Shown: positions 36,101 through 51,100 of the stretch, piece after piece | Layout of the letters: every line of letters starts with the position of its first letter | How positions within the stretch are numbered: position 1 is the stretch's first letter | DNA from: Balanoglossus misakiensis | Lineage: Eukaryota > Animalia > Hemichordata | DNA length: 64,000 nt | Assembly (NCBI GenBank): GCA_040954595.2 | Contig: CM082592.2 | Location: forward strand, 2,483,462-2,547,461 | Direction: 5' to 3' | Notes under the pieces: generated by a model | Seen by the model: only the letters and a program-made list of their open reading frames with translations | Told to the model about the DNA's origin: nothing | Database searches by the model: none | Made by a program: the position numbers and the translations under genes

Positions 36101-39100
36101 CCTTTATCGGAAGAACTGGACACTGACACGTGGTCCACTGTATGAAATGTATCTGCAGAGATGTCATGCTCCACATACTGGTAACTCTCATATTCCTGCC
36201 AATCTGCCAAGATCTGGTCCAGGCCTTTTTCCCTGCGGAATTCCTTCCATGCATGTTTTCGATCAGGTGGTACTGGTTTTCTCAACACATCCCTGACTTC
36301 ACGCCTGGCATCAATCAGCGCCTGTTGCATCAAATACATGGACTGAAGCTCATCTTCTTCTTCATCTGAATCACAAGAACAAAAGGTGTACAAGCTCTCT
36401 GTAGCTGTTCTCACGGCAGCTTCAGACTTCCTCCTGCGGGGTGGAACACTTCGGAATACTTGGATGATGATCAGGTTTACAGGTATGACTATCAGAGCAC
36501 TTAAAATGCCGACGATAAGGTCTGTCCATGTGAGTCTGAACTGGCCAATTTCCAATCTCCGTTCTGCGGAACCCCGTGGCACGTGAAGTAAGACCAAGCT
36601 GACCAACATTGAACAGAGAATGAGGGAAAGACAGCAAGCAAGTCTTTGAAACCGGGTGAACTGATTGGAGTGTTGACGGGAAAAGATATTGATCAATGGA
36701 TAGCAGTCTTGAAGATTCTTCACCATCTTGGTTATGAAGCTGTTTTGCAAATTGGTTAACTCCTCTTCAGATGAGCAAGGTATAGTGATATCTGCAAGTC
36801 CTGTCTTTGCTGACAGCCAGAAATTGCCAAGGAATGCCCAGTGGGTGTTTGCCAATAGATCATGCACCAAGATGTGATCAATATACCTGAAACAGAAAGA
36901 GTTGTATGTTACACACTTCTGAATTGGACAGAAGATAGTACCGGTATACACCCAAAAATTAGCATCTTTGTCTTATGAGGGGGGGGGGGGGGGAATATAT
37001 TCTTGTGCCAGTCCATCTGGTCTTTTCTCATTTCTCCGTTCAGCTGGAAACACGACATTTTCACCATAAATGTTCTAAACAGTGCTTTAAAACTTGGCGA
37101 AGATTTTGTACCTGATAACAACAGATTTTCTAACAATAAAAATCAGATTTCTTCAAAGACCCTCTTTACATATTTTTCATCTGCATGCTTATGGAGATTT
37201 GCTCAGGAAATTGATAGGAGATGCATACATTGAATTTTGCTTTACTAATGTATCAACTTTCTAAAAGACATTTATCGTGCAGACAAGGTTGTGTGCGGAT
37301 ATGCACTTTAATGAATCTCATGTATAGCTGACCTTCAAAATTTCTTTCCATTTGTATAAAGTCTAGAGTAAAGTATAATGTGGTTCAAAATGATTCCTGT
37401 ATTTTGATGAAACTTACCACGATGGACTCCTTCCTGAGTTATCATACCAAAGTCTGATGGAATAAAGATCACCCAAGTATTCATGTGTTGTCAACAGAAA
37501 TCGATCTATAGAGCCACGCTTCAGCAGTCTTCTCTTTGATGATGAATTCAGTATGTGTGTCTCACTGGACAGGTTGCTGCCATTGATGGTAAAGGCAACA
37601 TTTGAAGTGGTTCCAGCACCTAGTCTTGTACCAGTAAATACAGTGACGTGGTAACAATACTTGGAAAAGGGATCATTATCTTCTAACACAACAACTTTGT
37701 CCTGTCCAGGTATGATGAAGAACAGACCAAATAGACATCATTAATGAAAAAGCCCCCATGGAGAATTAATAACTGTATGACTCATAGATTGAAATAGTTT
37801 ATATTGAACACCTATTGCCTGGCCATGAGGGCCATAGCGGCCGTTTATTACACCCGAGGGGCTGTGAGTTACCAGAATCATATGCTATTTCCCGAGGCCG
37901 CAGGCCTCGGGAAATAGCATATGATTCTGGTAACTCACAGTCACGAGGGGGTAAAAACGGCTGCTATGGCCCGAATATAGGCCAGGCTATAGGTGTTTTA
38001 TAATAAACCTCATGCTAACAGCTGGGAAAATCTTGCAATTTTCTCTTGAGGTTGGCAGACGACATCTTCAGCGGTGGCCATTGTGTCAGACGACGCGACG
38101 CTGATTGACGTGACCGAGTCTGCGCACTCACGCTGGTCACGTGACCGGTTTATATTTTTTCTGCTATTTCCCTAGCGGTTCATAGTCGATTCTATTTTCC
38201 TATCACGTGACGGATTCTGGCGAATCACGACACAGTATTAGCATGAGGTATATTATAACTATAATTATTAAAATCATTCCCACTCCACTAGGGAGCTTCA
38301 ACATTATGAGAGAATAAGTGACTGATATTTTATTGGAAGTTGAACAAATCTGATGGAGAATGTTCAAGGAGTTTGCAAACCAAATATCAAAACAGTTAGA
38401 TCAGCAGTTTCTCATAATTTTTTAAGGAAAAATAAACAAAAATTATATACACAGTAGAACATTATATTTTCATATTTTATACACATCAATTAACATATAG
38501 AAAAATCAATAAGACATTCAAAGCAATCAGACCAAGTAATTTCTGATAAATCATTCTACCCAAAATTAGAATTGCCTCAAAACACATCTGTATTTCCAGA
38601 CAAGTGATCTCATGAGATTTTTTAAAAACTAAAAACAGCAGAAATCAAACTGTCAAGAGCGCTGTTCTGATTGGAGCAATAATAGACTGAACAAAGTATT
38701 GTGTGACTCTTCAGCTATTGCCTTGTACCGGTACATGCACAATGAGAAATGTCTCACCTCTCACCAGGGACGGCTTGATACAAACAAAGCCCCTCTTACC
38801 AGAATTTTTACAAATTCGTAGTAAATTTGGAAGTATTACCTTTACATCCGTTTGGTCTATCCAAAGAGCCCACACTGCAATCAGCAAAAAGATGACAAAC
38901 ACAACTGCCATAGCAAGTATGATGGGATGAGTCACAATTTCTTTCAACGTCAAGCTGTCATCTATCAAATCTGTTAAGGTTGTTGTTGTTGTTGTTGTTG
39001 ATGATGACAACGACAACATCATCAGAGTGTGTGTCACAGAAGTTGGTTTTATCAAAGTTGCTGGTGACAAGCGATTACCAAAAAGACTTAAATGGTTACA

Positions 39101-42100
39101 GTTACACTTGATGTCGTTAGCTGTTGAGTTGGAATCCACCTAGCAAAATAAACAGACAGAGAAAACTCACTCAAAAGCACTCTAGTGGCCGCAGAGTCAT
39201 ATTAATTGTCCGTGGATGGATGGCTGCATTTGTCAAACTGAAGAAATCAACAAAGCTATAAATGATAGAAGTAAAATCTTTTTGTTTAAATTCCCCTGTC
39301 TCTTTCAACAAAAAACAAATGAGAGAGAGAGAGAGAGCTTATAGATCGATGGATTTGTTCAAGTAAAATAACACTGCTATCTGATTTAAATGAATTGTGA
39401 ATTAAAGTTGGGTTCCATATTTAAACAGTCTAAATACTAAATTTACCTGACAACCAGTTGTTTGCCACTTTTCTTCATCTGCATTCCAATACATACAGGC
39501 TGTTGTGTAGAATGAAGCATTCACAGTAACGCCATACATGGTCTCCTCAGGGTGCAGGTTGACACCAACCACATAAGTACCATTTCCAAAATGCTCCCAT
39601 GGCTGAACAATGATGGTCCTTGACGCTGTCTCATGTCCAGATGGTAATTCACGGAATATATGGTGGTTGTCAACTGTGGGGACCACTTGATATCCAAAGA
39701 AGACACCCAATCTGGCCAGTGGATTATCTGCAGAACCGACTTCAAGAAGAATAGCTGACTCGTCACTGTCAACCGTTATATTCTTCATTCGTAATGAATC
39801 TTTGGATAAAGTCCATGTGACATGATATCCCATCTGCTGATCATGCTGTGGTATTGACATCTGAATTGGTGTGCTCAAATTCTTCATTTCTATCACACTT
39901 TCGTCTTCTCTGGTCAGTTGTAGACCACTTAGTGTAGACGTCACAGTCTGGCCAGTATCAGCCCACGAGAAGAGATTTTCCTGAAAATGTTGCATCTGGT
40001 GGACAAAGGCAGACAGGATTGAGTTGCACGACAAATACTGGATATTCAGTATCATCAATTATTGTGAATATCACTGTCTATACCAAGACGTTGCCACTTT
40101 GTTCCCCACTTGCTAATTTGCCCAAACAATTTGAGGAACAATGTTTCTATTTTCTCCATGTCCTCACCTTGACAACAACAACATCATCAGAGTGTCCGTC
40201 ATCTTCACCAAACAAGACATCACCGGACGGTAGCTGAAATAAGGCGCCATCATCGTCAACAAGTGAACTATCACCAATGTCCAACTGTTCTTGTTTACTC
40301 AGCAGGACTGACAAACTGTGACTTTGGAGAATGGTTGGCTCTTCTCCAGCTAATGTGTTCATCAATACAGCATCTGCAACATTGTCGATGGCTTCAAAAA
40401 CATCAAGTATCATGTCATGTTCCTGTGAGAAATACATGTCAGTTTTGAAAACATTAGAATTCTACGCATCTTGTACTGAAGGATGTAACTAGTATGCCCT
40501 TGAAGTCACTCACATAAACTGAGCAATGGTGATTGGGTGTAAGGTATGGTGAAGGCAGGGCTAATTTGAATTTAAAATGCTACCCACCGTTAATTACACA
40601 TATGTACACATCCTTTGTCCAATCATTGGAAAAACATAGTCTCTGATTGACTTCAGAGGGACCCTGCCTTCACTATAACCTTACACCCAATCACCATTGT
40701 TCAGTTTATGTGAGTGACTTCAAGGGCATGCTAGTTACATCACAATTCCCAGCAAGGGGTATGGGGTTTTATTGGGCCAGTGGCATGAGTGAGGCTAGAC
40801 GTTAGTTTTGGAAGCAAAGTGGACAAAATACGGCTAGGTACTAGATTATTGAATTTATGAAATGGGAGTTAAATTTTGGAATCTCAGTGACAACAAAATA
40901 GTGTAACTGTAACAAGTTATGAAGTCTGTCATACCAATTATCCTGATTGATGTTATGTTCTAAATAAGGTCTTGTTGTGGTTTTCAGCAACGTTCTTCCT
41001 CATATCCTACAAACTGGATGGAAGTTGTGTGTGGTCGAACGTTGATTTACTATATATCCACATGTAGAATCAAATGGTGTCTTGTATCAAGCATAATTAA
41101 TGAAAAAGGGCAGCGAGAGAGAGACTTTGACCCTTTATGGACACATCTCAAGTAAGGACAGTTTTTCTGGTCTCAGAGGTGTCCTTAAAAGGCAGGTTTC
41201 ACTGTATATTGCATTTAGGAAAGCTAAAATTTCAGGGGGATTAAACCTGGCAGTGTTTTCTTTTGTGTTTGTATGAAGACATGAAATCATCTAGTGTAGG
41301 CCCTTCCAAGTACAGCTGTTTGTACCAGTACTATAAGGGCGTACTACGCAAACTTTCTTTAATTTACTAGTATCAACTTTGGCGCCCGGAAGTTAGTGAA
41401 AGACGTGGATTTTTTGAAAAGCAAAACATATTCCACATCATCGGTTGCACAAATAATCTTTTTCGGAAATAATACTAAGTACAAAATTTGGAAATTCCCA
41501 GTGTTTCAGAGTTTGGTTTTCAGGCCGATTAGTCTAGCTTACTGGGAAGCCCTACAAGTTCACCACTACGATCGCATTTGTTCCTGTCAGAACATGGCTT
41601 GTCTTTTGCCACGTGTTTATGTAGTCATGCATAAATTAGATTTAAAATGCTTTCCCACCACATGGTGTTGAAATGTATCACTGTGTGGGTATTATTGAAT
41701 TTAAATCACATCGTTTCCAAGTGCCACGAGACATCATCTTTTTCCTGATGTGCACCTGTCACCTCCTCTAAAGATATTTGTCAAAACCCCCAAACAAACT
41801 TTAAGTTTTGGGGCTGTAAGGAGGTTTACAAGTACCAGACAGTTTACGATTGGTGTAACACTGGTGCTGGGCCTGGGGAAGTGTAAAAAAATAATGTGGA
41901 CATTGTAAGTCGGCCTAGGGGCGACTTAGTTTGGTTCTGCTAAGAAGGGGGGTTTAGGGTCGACCTAAGATCTGGGCCAAAGCAAATTCGCGTATGTGGA
42001 CGTGTTGGGTGCACTGAGAACATGGTTTGTAAAACCAATGCAAACTTGACATTCACTTGTGTTTGAGCATAAATTAGGGGGGGGGGATGCGTAGATCCAG

Positions 42101-45100
42101 CAGAATCGCTTTGCCAAGAGAATTCTGTCTGACTGGATTGAGTAATACCCACTAATGCAAGAACCAGGTATTGAGAATGGCCACGCTTAAATTTAAAGAT
42201 ATCACCTCTGACCTCTTATGGTTAAAAAGGTGTGTCTGAGTGTCCTGAAGAACAATGATGTAATGTTTTTTTTTTGTATGGCTAACCCCATGAAAATATG
42301 GCATTTGGCTTGATCTGTTTGTCTATGCATTTCTAATCTGGGCTACCGCATGGGCCACATACCATTAGTGAAGACAGATTTATGATAGATTTCATTCTAG
42401 AGTAAGGCATTACTTACTGTATTAGTATGACTGCCATCACTTCTGTCATTTGCGTTGGATGGCACTGATAAAGAAACAGCATCTACTATGTTGTTGATGC
42501 CATAGAGAAGTACAGAAGCTGTCTCTTTGATGAGTTCACTGTCACCAGTTTCCAAAGACTGCTGCTTTAGAATAGTTCCCATTTGTTTCATTCCCTTTGA
42601 GGCTGAAATCTACAAGAACATTGAACAGATGAAAGTATTGTTTCAATTGTTAGATAGAATTACCCTTTTGGTGTTGGGAGGAAATAATAAACAATGCAAA
42701 TCAATTTAAACATACTTTAATACACAAGAAAAATTGTCATTGATGTTATACTGTGATTGTTTTGCTAATTGTAGCTTTTATTTGTAACTCATGTTGTAGA
42801 TATACCGGTAGAGGTACATCAGCCCTTGTTATACTTATAGCTATGTATTTGCTGAAACAGTCCTGTATCACAGAGTTGTGTCACAGCCTGTCAATGGGAT
42901 AATTTTTTTCATGTTAATATAATTTCCATTGCTTTTACCTGAGCTTGCTGGGACACTTCTTCTTCACTTTGTGTCAAATGGACTAAGGCTGACGCTTTCT
43001 GTTGTATATCCTCTACACTCCTCACCTCTACATCTTCCAAATCAAGGATGATGTCTTCACGAATCTTTTAATTTCACCAATAATAAAAAAGATACAATTT
43101 CAATCTTTTGAATAGAGACTTCACATTTACCTTTCAAGAGGGCGCCATCAATGACCTTTGGCTTTTCAGAGACATTGTGCATGACATCTCTCCAAATCCA
43201 TTTTATTCAGCCAATGAGAGCGCTGCAGTGGCATTTATTTTGAGGGAAGGTAACTGGATTTTCAATGGCGTTCCACTGGAAAGATCACCTTGGTTGCCTA
43301 CTACAGTATGTCACAATTGCATTTTCATAGCTCAATTACCGAAACCGAGAAAATATTGAGAAAATCCAATTTTTTTTTACAGCAATCATAAATAAATACA
43401 CATAGAAGTGTCATTTGCTGTTCTAAACATTCCGCTCTACAAGTAGGGCATGTCACGTGACAAAGACATGATCGAATGTGCACGTGATGGAACTTCCATT
43501 GGGCATATTAGCCAATCACATGAAGCAGAGTCTACATGACAACAGCCAATTGGAGCCCGAGCTCAAACAGATTTGGAGAGATGTCTTGTCTCTGAAAAGC
43601 TAGCGGTCATTGACGGTGCCCTCTTGAGAGGCAAGTATATAGTGCAATGTATTGAACAATATTTGTCTCACAGGAAATGGCCCAATAATGTTAAAAGCAG
43701 TTTTTCACAGTACCATTATATAACACAAAGGTCTGAAACACATAGATATTAACAAGGTTCTATCAAATGCAAATTCTAGAAAAAAAGAGATCATTTGAAG
43801 TACACACCTGTCGAGATCCTTGTGTGCCATGTTCTCCATCATGAGTATCTGTATGAGCATCTTCGGTATTTAGGACTGATGTTACCATGGTAATTAGCTG
43901 TGATGCAGCTTGTAGATCACCTGAATTAAGCAGCTGTTTCAATTCTGCATTTTCACCAGTGGCTAAATTCATAACATCCACAAGAACATCTTCATCACCA
44001 ACGCCTGGCCCGAGGACCTAACGGACGGTACATGCAAATTATTTGGAAACTAATTTTAACTCATGAAAGTAAACCTCATTCTGTCCATAATATGTTGTGT
44101 TGAAATCCTTGAAAATGGAATGATTATAAATAGCATTGCTTCAATCCTAAAGGGAAGGGATTGTCATGCCGCGTGGCTGTCCCCCTTGATGAGAATATGT
44201 CCTCCCATACCAGCACAAACCCCACTGCAGTCGCCACGACCGACTAGGATCTTCAGTTGCTGTCATGCCCAGTCTACACTACGGTTGGCTGCTTCGTTCA
44301 TTGTACAAATTATCTAATTTCAGGGATTTGTGGATAAACTGTAATGTTTATAAACAAACAAATGCTGCGCAACGACCCCTTCACTTGAGAGAGAATGTTA
44401 TGGGAAAAGGATTTCCTCTGGAATGCTGAAGAATCATCGCTACACTCTAGTCTAACCCACTTGGAGACCGATGACATATCAGAAAGATTTCAACTGAGCC
44501 AGGTTGAAATTAAACCCTCTAGAGCTGCCACATTTTTGCATTACTTTCATGATTTTATTCTCCAACTTAGATTGGTACATCGAAATAAGCTAACTGATAG
44601 GTATACATCAACATCTTATCGATGTTCGATTGTGGCTGTATGTTGCAATTTGGACACGCTATGTATTAAACAGTTGCCACACTGATTTAATCAGCCTCCA
44701 TACAACAGCACGCAGCTATTGTGGTATGTGTCAGTAATATGGCTAAAGGATAGGGAATAGGTTTGAAGAATTTTACTGTGTAAAAAAAATATGTGAAATT
44801 TGGCAGCTCTGGAGGCTTTAAATGGTATGCCTGCCTCAAACATCAACAGAGCTTGCCATGGCTTTGCATTAGAACATATTTTCAATGCTTGAATTACAAT
44901 ATTGACAGTGACATTTGTATATTTCTTCCAAAATTTGCAGTGGAAGGAACTGGTCAACATTCCAATTTTCTTTGTTTTGTGTCTTGCTTTGCAATCATTT
45001 TTCTCAACATGCTTGCCACTCATTGCATCTTGTCTGATTTCTTAGAATTCTGACCCTTCAAGAGTCACCATTTGTAGAATACTGCTTGACCACTAGAATG

Positions 45101-48100
45101 ACAAATTGTGAGAAACAATTTGATTTGACTTACTGTTACATCAACTGAGGTCTGAGTACTGGAACCAAGAGAGTCAGACACTTTAATTCTAATCTTTATC
45201 ACATAGTTTCTTGTTTCAATACCAACTGGAAGCATAATATCAGTTATTGTGTTATCAGGACCATGATACAGTAAAGTACCTGCAACATTACAAATGAAAA
45301 GAATGTAAATTTTCTGTTAGTGATGATGGCAAAAACAAATATATTTGTCAGATCTGTGAACAAGAGTAATGATGTCAATGTGTTTTGAAATACTACATAC
45401 TGTATCAATTGATGTTTATTCCGGCTCTACATACTCTATTGATAAACAAAATCTATTTGTTTTGCTGAGAAAGAACTACCGTAGAAATGATTTCAGCCAG
45501 AACGCAACACCTTCATTAACATATGCAAATGAGGAATCTGATTTGACAAACGAGGTCGTTACACTGAGCCCCTGGACCATTTGGATGGCACGAAATAAGA
45601 CATATGTCAGGTGAGGTTTTTTGCTTTTACACGATTTAAAAGCGAAGGTTACAGCAAGTTGAAAGTGCCTCAAAAAACGGTCTGTGAGTGGCCATTCAAA
45701 ATGTAACGGTCCTGATCTGGATAGGCGATAATATGCGTTCTGGTTGATTTTGCCAATGTTGACCACAGTGAAATGGATACGTGGGGGCAAAAACAATAAT
45801 TTATGATGGTATATTATGTGTATATTAAGAGACAACAATATTACTTTGACAAGACATGACTTAGAAAGAGAGGTTTTTAATGAATGCTCATATATTTCAC
45901 CAAGATGTCATGTGAAATCGCTGTGTAAACTGCAGAGCGTGCCACACATGTTTTCCTGCAGACATACCTGAAGACCTTGCAGGTGTGGGAACACCAAAAC
46001 TAGGAGTAGGATCCCTACCAGTGACAGCGTAGTATTCATAAGTCAGGGGTGTACTTGTATCCACAAAGCCAGAGCATGCAATAGTGAACTTGGTTCTAAA
46101 GACTGTCCCGACTGAAGGAGTGACATCACAAGTACCAAGTGATGGTGGCGAGTTTGTTCTGAAGCTGTACTCGGCCACTGCACTTACTCCACTGTTGCTG
46201 GTTACTACAAAAGATAAAAAGTAAATGAAACAATATGACTTGTCGCTGTTGTTTAATATGTGCAGGTACAGGCAACAAGTATCAATGAAATTCAGTTGGT
46301 CATATGCCAAAAAAAGATACATTGGTCTGCTTTTAGGACAAGGTGTGTTCTGATTACATGTAGTGAAGGCGTGAAAACTTGATATTCAAATTTGAGAAAA
46401 AAACTTTCTCTTTCATTCAATTTTTTGCATTCATCCATTTGCATTTATTCTTAATTTTAAGAGAGACTGGTCTAAATTTGCCCTGAGCAAAAGTTCAAGA
46501 ATATGGCTTTTGAGGTACATTCTACTTATATTTCATTTACCTCTTACTCCAATAGTGTAATATTCTGATACTGTGGTTGAAAACACTCCAGCTTTGATTG
46601 CCAGATATGGCCTGGATCGACCAGTTGTAGTTTCTGTGGCCCAGTCAAGTGTCTGTTTGGTGTTGAGTTCACTTGTCTTCAGATACCATCTAATTGTGGG
46701 TCGTGAAGTCCTCGTACAATCACTGCAATGTCCACTTACAAGAAGTCTTCTCGAAGGATTCAACTCTGGATTGCAATTCTTCAAGCATCTTTTGAAAAAG
46801 AAACACATCAAACACTGTTATGTCATCTTGACAAATCACAAAGTCAAAAAACATATCAACTTTGAAATTTAGAACAACAAGTTTTGTACTTTCTCCAAAT
46901 CTTACTTAAAGAATGTATGAGAGAAAATGGAGGCACTGCTGGACTGGCTCTTGGTCAACTCAATTTTTGGCTCAGTCAGTTGTTTACACAATTGTGTATA
47001 CCGTATACCACTTTGTTCATTGGTGTACCTGATTTTTTTTGCATGACAGAAATAATGAATTGAAATGAAATGTGCAAAATAGGTTTTGATGGGTGTGGCA
47101 TGCATCAAATCTACTGTAAAACACTTTATTTTCGCGAGTTGAAATTTTCGCGATATCGAGAGAGGCCACTGTTTCGCGAGTATTAATTTTCGCGTTCTCT
47201 TATTTCATTCACTGCATCGTTATCTTAAAAAAAGTTTATGTGACTTTTTATTTTCACGCTATTTTGGCTCTCGTGTATTCCACGAAAATTTATTCAAATT
47301 ATTGTTCGCGAAAATAAAGTGTTTTACAGTATATTTGTCTATAACTTCCTCAGGTTTACAGTATAAAGAAGCATTTTAAAACCCAGTTCCTCAAAAAAAC
47401 TACATGATCACTTCATTACATTTCCTGATTTCCTGATAGTAGGCAAAATTTATGCATACACACAGATATAAAAACAACAAAAGGAAGAGGCACAGAAGTG
47501 AATACTAACGTAAGTAGAATATTTGGTGGCTGGCTAGAGAGGACACGGATAACTTGATCTACAAAAGAATCTTCTCTTCCAGGTTTTGATAACCACAGAC
47601 GGATGACGTATGTCATGTTAGGTTGCAAGGTAGCAGTCTGCAACACCCACGTCACATTGTTATAGTGCTCACTCAGGTACATTCCTTGATTAAAACATCC
47701 ACCTACAAAAAAGAATGATATCTATGCAACAAGATGGCTATACTGGAGATGCTTTGATCGGTATACAGTCACCTTCAATTTACATACACACATGGACTGA
47801 AATGGCGTATTTGGGCGTTCTAAAGAACATATGGTGGTGCTCTTTTTTCGCGTGTGCCACCCACTAAAAATCAGTGATTGGCTAGATCTCATTTTGCCAT
47901 GGTAACTATAGCTAATTTTCAATGGGTGACCGTATACCTTTAAAATAAATTGTTGATTGGCAAATGAGATATTGTCATAAAGGCCTATAACATTTCATAA
48001 TACAATGTAAAAGAACACATAATGTTTTGTCTCTTAAAAAAACCATGTCATCTTGTACAAATAACCTACTGGGTAATAAATGTTACTCCTATAATTAATT

Positions 48101-51100
48101 TCAAAATATCAGGAAGTCAGTACACAGGTGTTTTAAAATAGAGCTGTACACATTTGAAAAAGCAAAAGATGTGTATCTGTTTAATTATCTCCTTAGCAAC
48201 TGTTGCCTAGCCACTTGAATGCTTCAATTTTTCCTTCAACTCTGTAATCAGGTATCTATGATAATTTGATGCTAAACGTCATGCTTCAACTGACCTGAAG
48301 GCGAGAACTCTGTAAGATTCAACGCTTCTGGGAAAGTTTCATTTGGCAGTTTGCACAACCAGTGAAAAGATAAGCTTGTTTGCTGATCTCTAAAATCAGG
48401 GTCCTTGGATTCAGATGCATCCACAACTAAAGTTGAATTCCAGCCTGCAAAAGAGACAAGATGTATTACATATATTTGAGTTAGGGTTGTCATCTCTTAT
48501 TTGCTACCTTCTTTTCATTGGCCTGCAATTAAAGGTATACGGTCACCTATGGAAAATTAGCTCTAGTTACCATCGCAAATTGAGATCTAGCCAATCACAG
48601 ATTTTCAGTGGGTGGCACACACGAAAAAAAGAGTGCCACCATATGTTCTTTAGAAGGCTCAAATACGCCATTTCAGCCATATATGGGCGTATGTAAATTG
48701 GCGGTGACTGTATACCTTTAATCAAACGATCTAGGCTGATGGGCCTTTTGAGTTCTCTCTACCAAATGCATTGGATGCATTGGCTATTTGCACGTCAAAT
48801 ACTCATACCCATGAAACCTGCTTCTGCGTCACGTTTTATCGTTGGAGTCCTCAGTTTGACATGCAAATAGCCAATCAACTTTGCCAAAATGTTATGCTAA
48901 TCACACCAATACAAAATGTAAATTGGCTGTCTGATGATTTTGACACTATTCTACCATGTCGGTTTGGTAGAGACCAATTATTCATTATAACAAGAATTTT
49001 ACTCTCATATCCTACAAATGGGATGGAAGTTGTGTGTGTTCGAACGTTGGTTCACTATATATCTACATGTAAAATAACATAACAGTGTCTTTTATCAAAT
49101 ATTAATGGAAAAAAGGGCAGCGAGAGAGAGAGACTTTGTCCCTTTAGTTTGAGGTAAGCTAAACGAAAACCCACCTGTTGTCCTGAATGAGCCACCGCTA
49201 ATACTTGGCATTAATTCAGATTTGATGATTTCGATCCATGTCTCATCCAAGTTTGACCAATGTCTATCATTGGTGTCAATAATCGATGTTGTCAGCTTGA
49301 AAAGGTAATATCCATAATCCAGGGAATAAGCAGGTACAAGGATGTCTCTGAGCCTTCGTCGCACTTGCAGATTGTAGATATCAGTCAACGGTGAATCTTC
49401 CATGACAGTAACATTGAAAACTTGCCACTGGTAAACAACGCCTTTCCGGAACTGACAGTCGGTAATGACATTGGCAGATAGCATGAAATGAGCATACTTT
49501 CGATAGGTGGTAGCAGTTGAGTAATTGAAGCCTCCTCCTTTGATTTCAACAGCAGGTGGGAGACAGAATATGTTGATGATGAAGACCTCTGACTCTGCGA
49601 AGATACCATTCCCAGTAACATTTGCCGTGTATGTGCCACTCTCGCTGTAGGAATGAGAAATAACCACTTTCAGGAATGGCCTCGGGTCGAAAGTCACCTC
49701 CATCCTTCTATTTAGATAGCCACTGATGTCTGAGCTACGACGAGGCAAAGGAAATTCCACCGGAGTTGAATCATCACCGAAGTCTATTTCAAAGGGAGTT
49801 GATGGTGGAATATTCTTGGTGAATATCAGGAATGTGACATCTTCTCCTGCCTTCTTGGCTCCTGTATTCAATACATGTAGATCTGAAACATGCAAGAATT
49901 ACAATCAAACATGATGAAGAAATATTTAGAAGTGGAAATTTGAGTGACAACACTCCCTTTTGACCAATTTGTTAAATGTACTGTGTTGGCTTCAATGGTT
50001 GCTACTCTATCCTAGTGCACAAACAGCACAAAATCAACCATTATAATACATATAATGTGCCGCAACTGGGTGTATTTTATGGGAACATATGGGTAGTAAA
50101 TTAACCGAATAGTGACCACATAATCCCTAACATTTGGCTTCTCATGTTGAATTCATCAATCTAATGCCGAAATTAACCACAGCAAACATCTACAAATGTA
50201 CAACTTGCAATAAATGCTAGAAATTCATTTGACATACTTTACCAAACAAGTAAACGTTCCTTTGTTTATTATTATCATGGCGTATTGTGTGTATGTTGGC
50301 AAGGTAATGGTGTTAAATGATGACCTGGGTATCAAACATGATGTTAATGTGCTCCCATTTGAATAGAATTACATTGATGCACCCTAATTTTGTTTTGCAC
50401 AAAATAACCAAATAATTCATTGTGTTACTTGCATAGTAGTAAGGGACAACAAACTGTAAATTTAAAGAAACTATTTAATGAACTCATGTGTTAATTAAAG
50501 CTGCAAGCAGCATTGAAGGGGCCCAAGCATAGAGTTAATAACCATTGGACTCCATTCAGGGTTGTACCATTCAAATGCGTAGGCTGTATTTGCTCTCGAT
50601 GTTGAGATATGGGGAAGTAGGCAACCACCCGAAATGGATGTCCTACAAGTACAAACACAACAACCAAAGGTGAATTTCTACGTTGTAAGTACTTCAGTAA
50701 GTACTTCAAGGGTCAGCTGAGGGTACCCAAAAATTGGGCCAAAAATTAGGATTCTTATTTGGTTCATATTCAAGACAACGGAAAATCCTCGCCCTTTGAG
50801 TTTGTCAAATTAGATATGGCCATAATAATGAGTTACGCAAGTAAGTTACAGGTGGCCCCAGGAATTTAGCATTTCATGTGCATGCTAACATATGGAAAGC
50901 AGGTCAATGGACACCTGAGGTCACCCGAATATTTGACAAAAAATTTTCATTCCTGTTTATGTCATGTGCAACAAATCCTACATTTGCAGCCCTTTCACTT
51001 TGCCTACCATTAGGTATGCACGTAATACATGAATCAAGCAGGTGTCACAGGTATCCCCCTGTATTTGGCATTTTATGATAGTTTCATCCCTCAAAATACC

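Noticed and set aside
38972-39037. GT...AG mini-intron that would remove the poly-Thr stalk
   Set aside because: The donor is phase 0 and the acceptor phase 1, so splicing would frameshift.
50240-50385. Candidate extra exon between the TSP1 and PKD exons
   Set aside because: Stops in all three frames after the AG.
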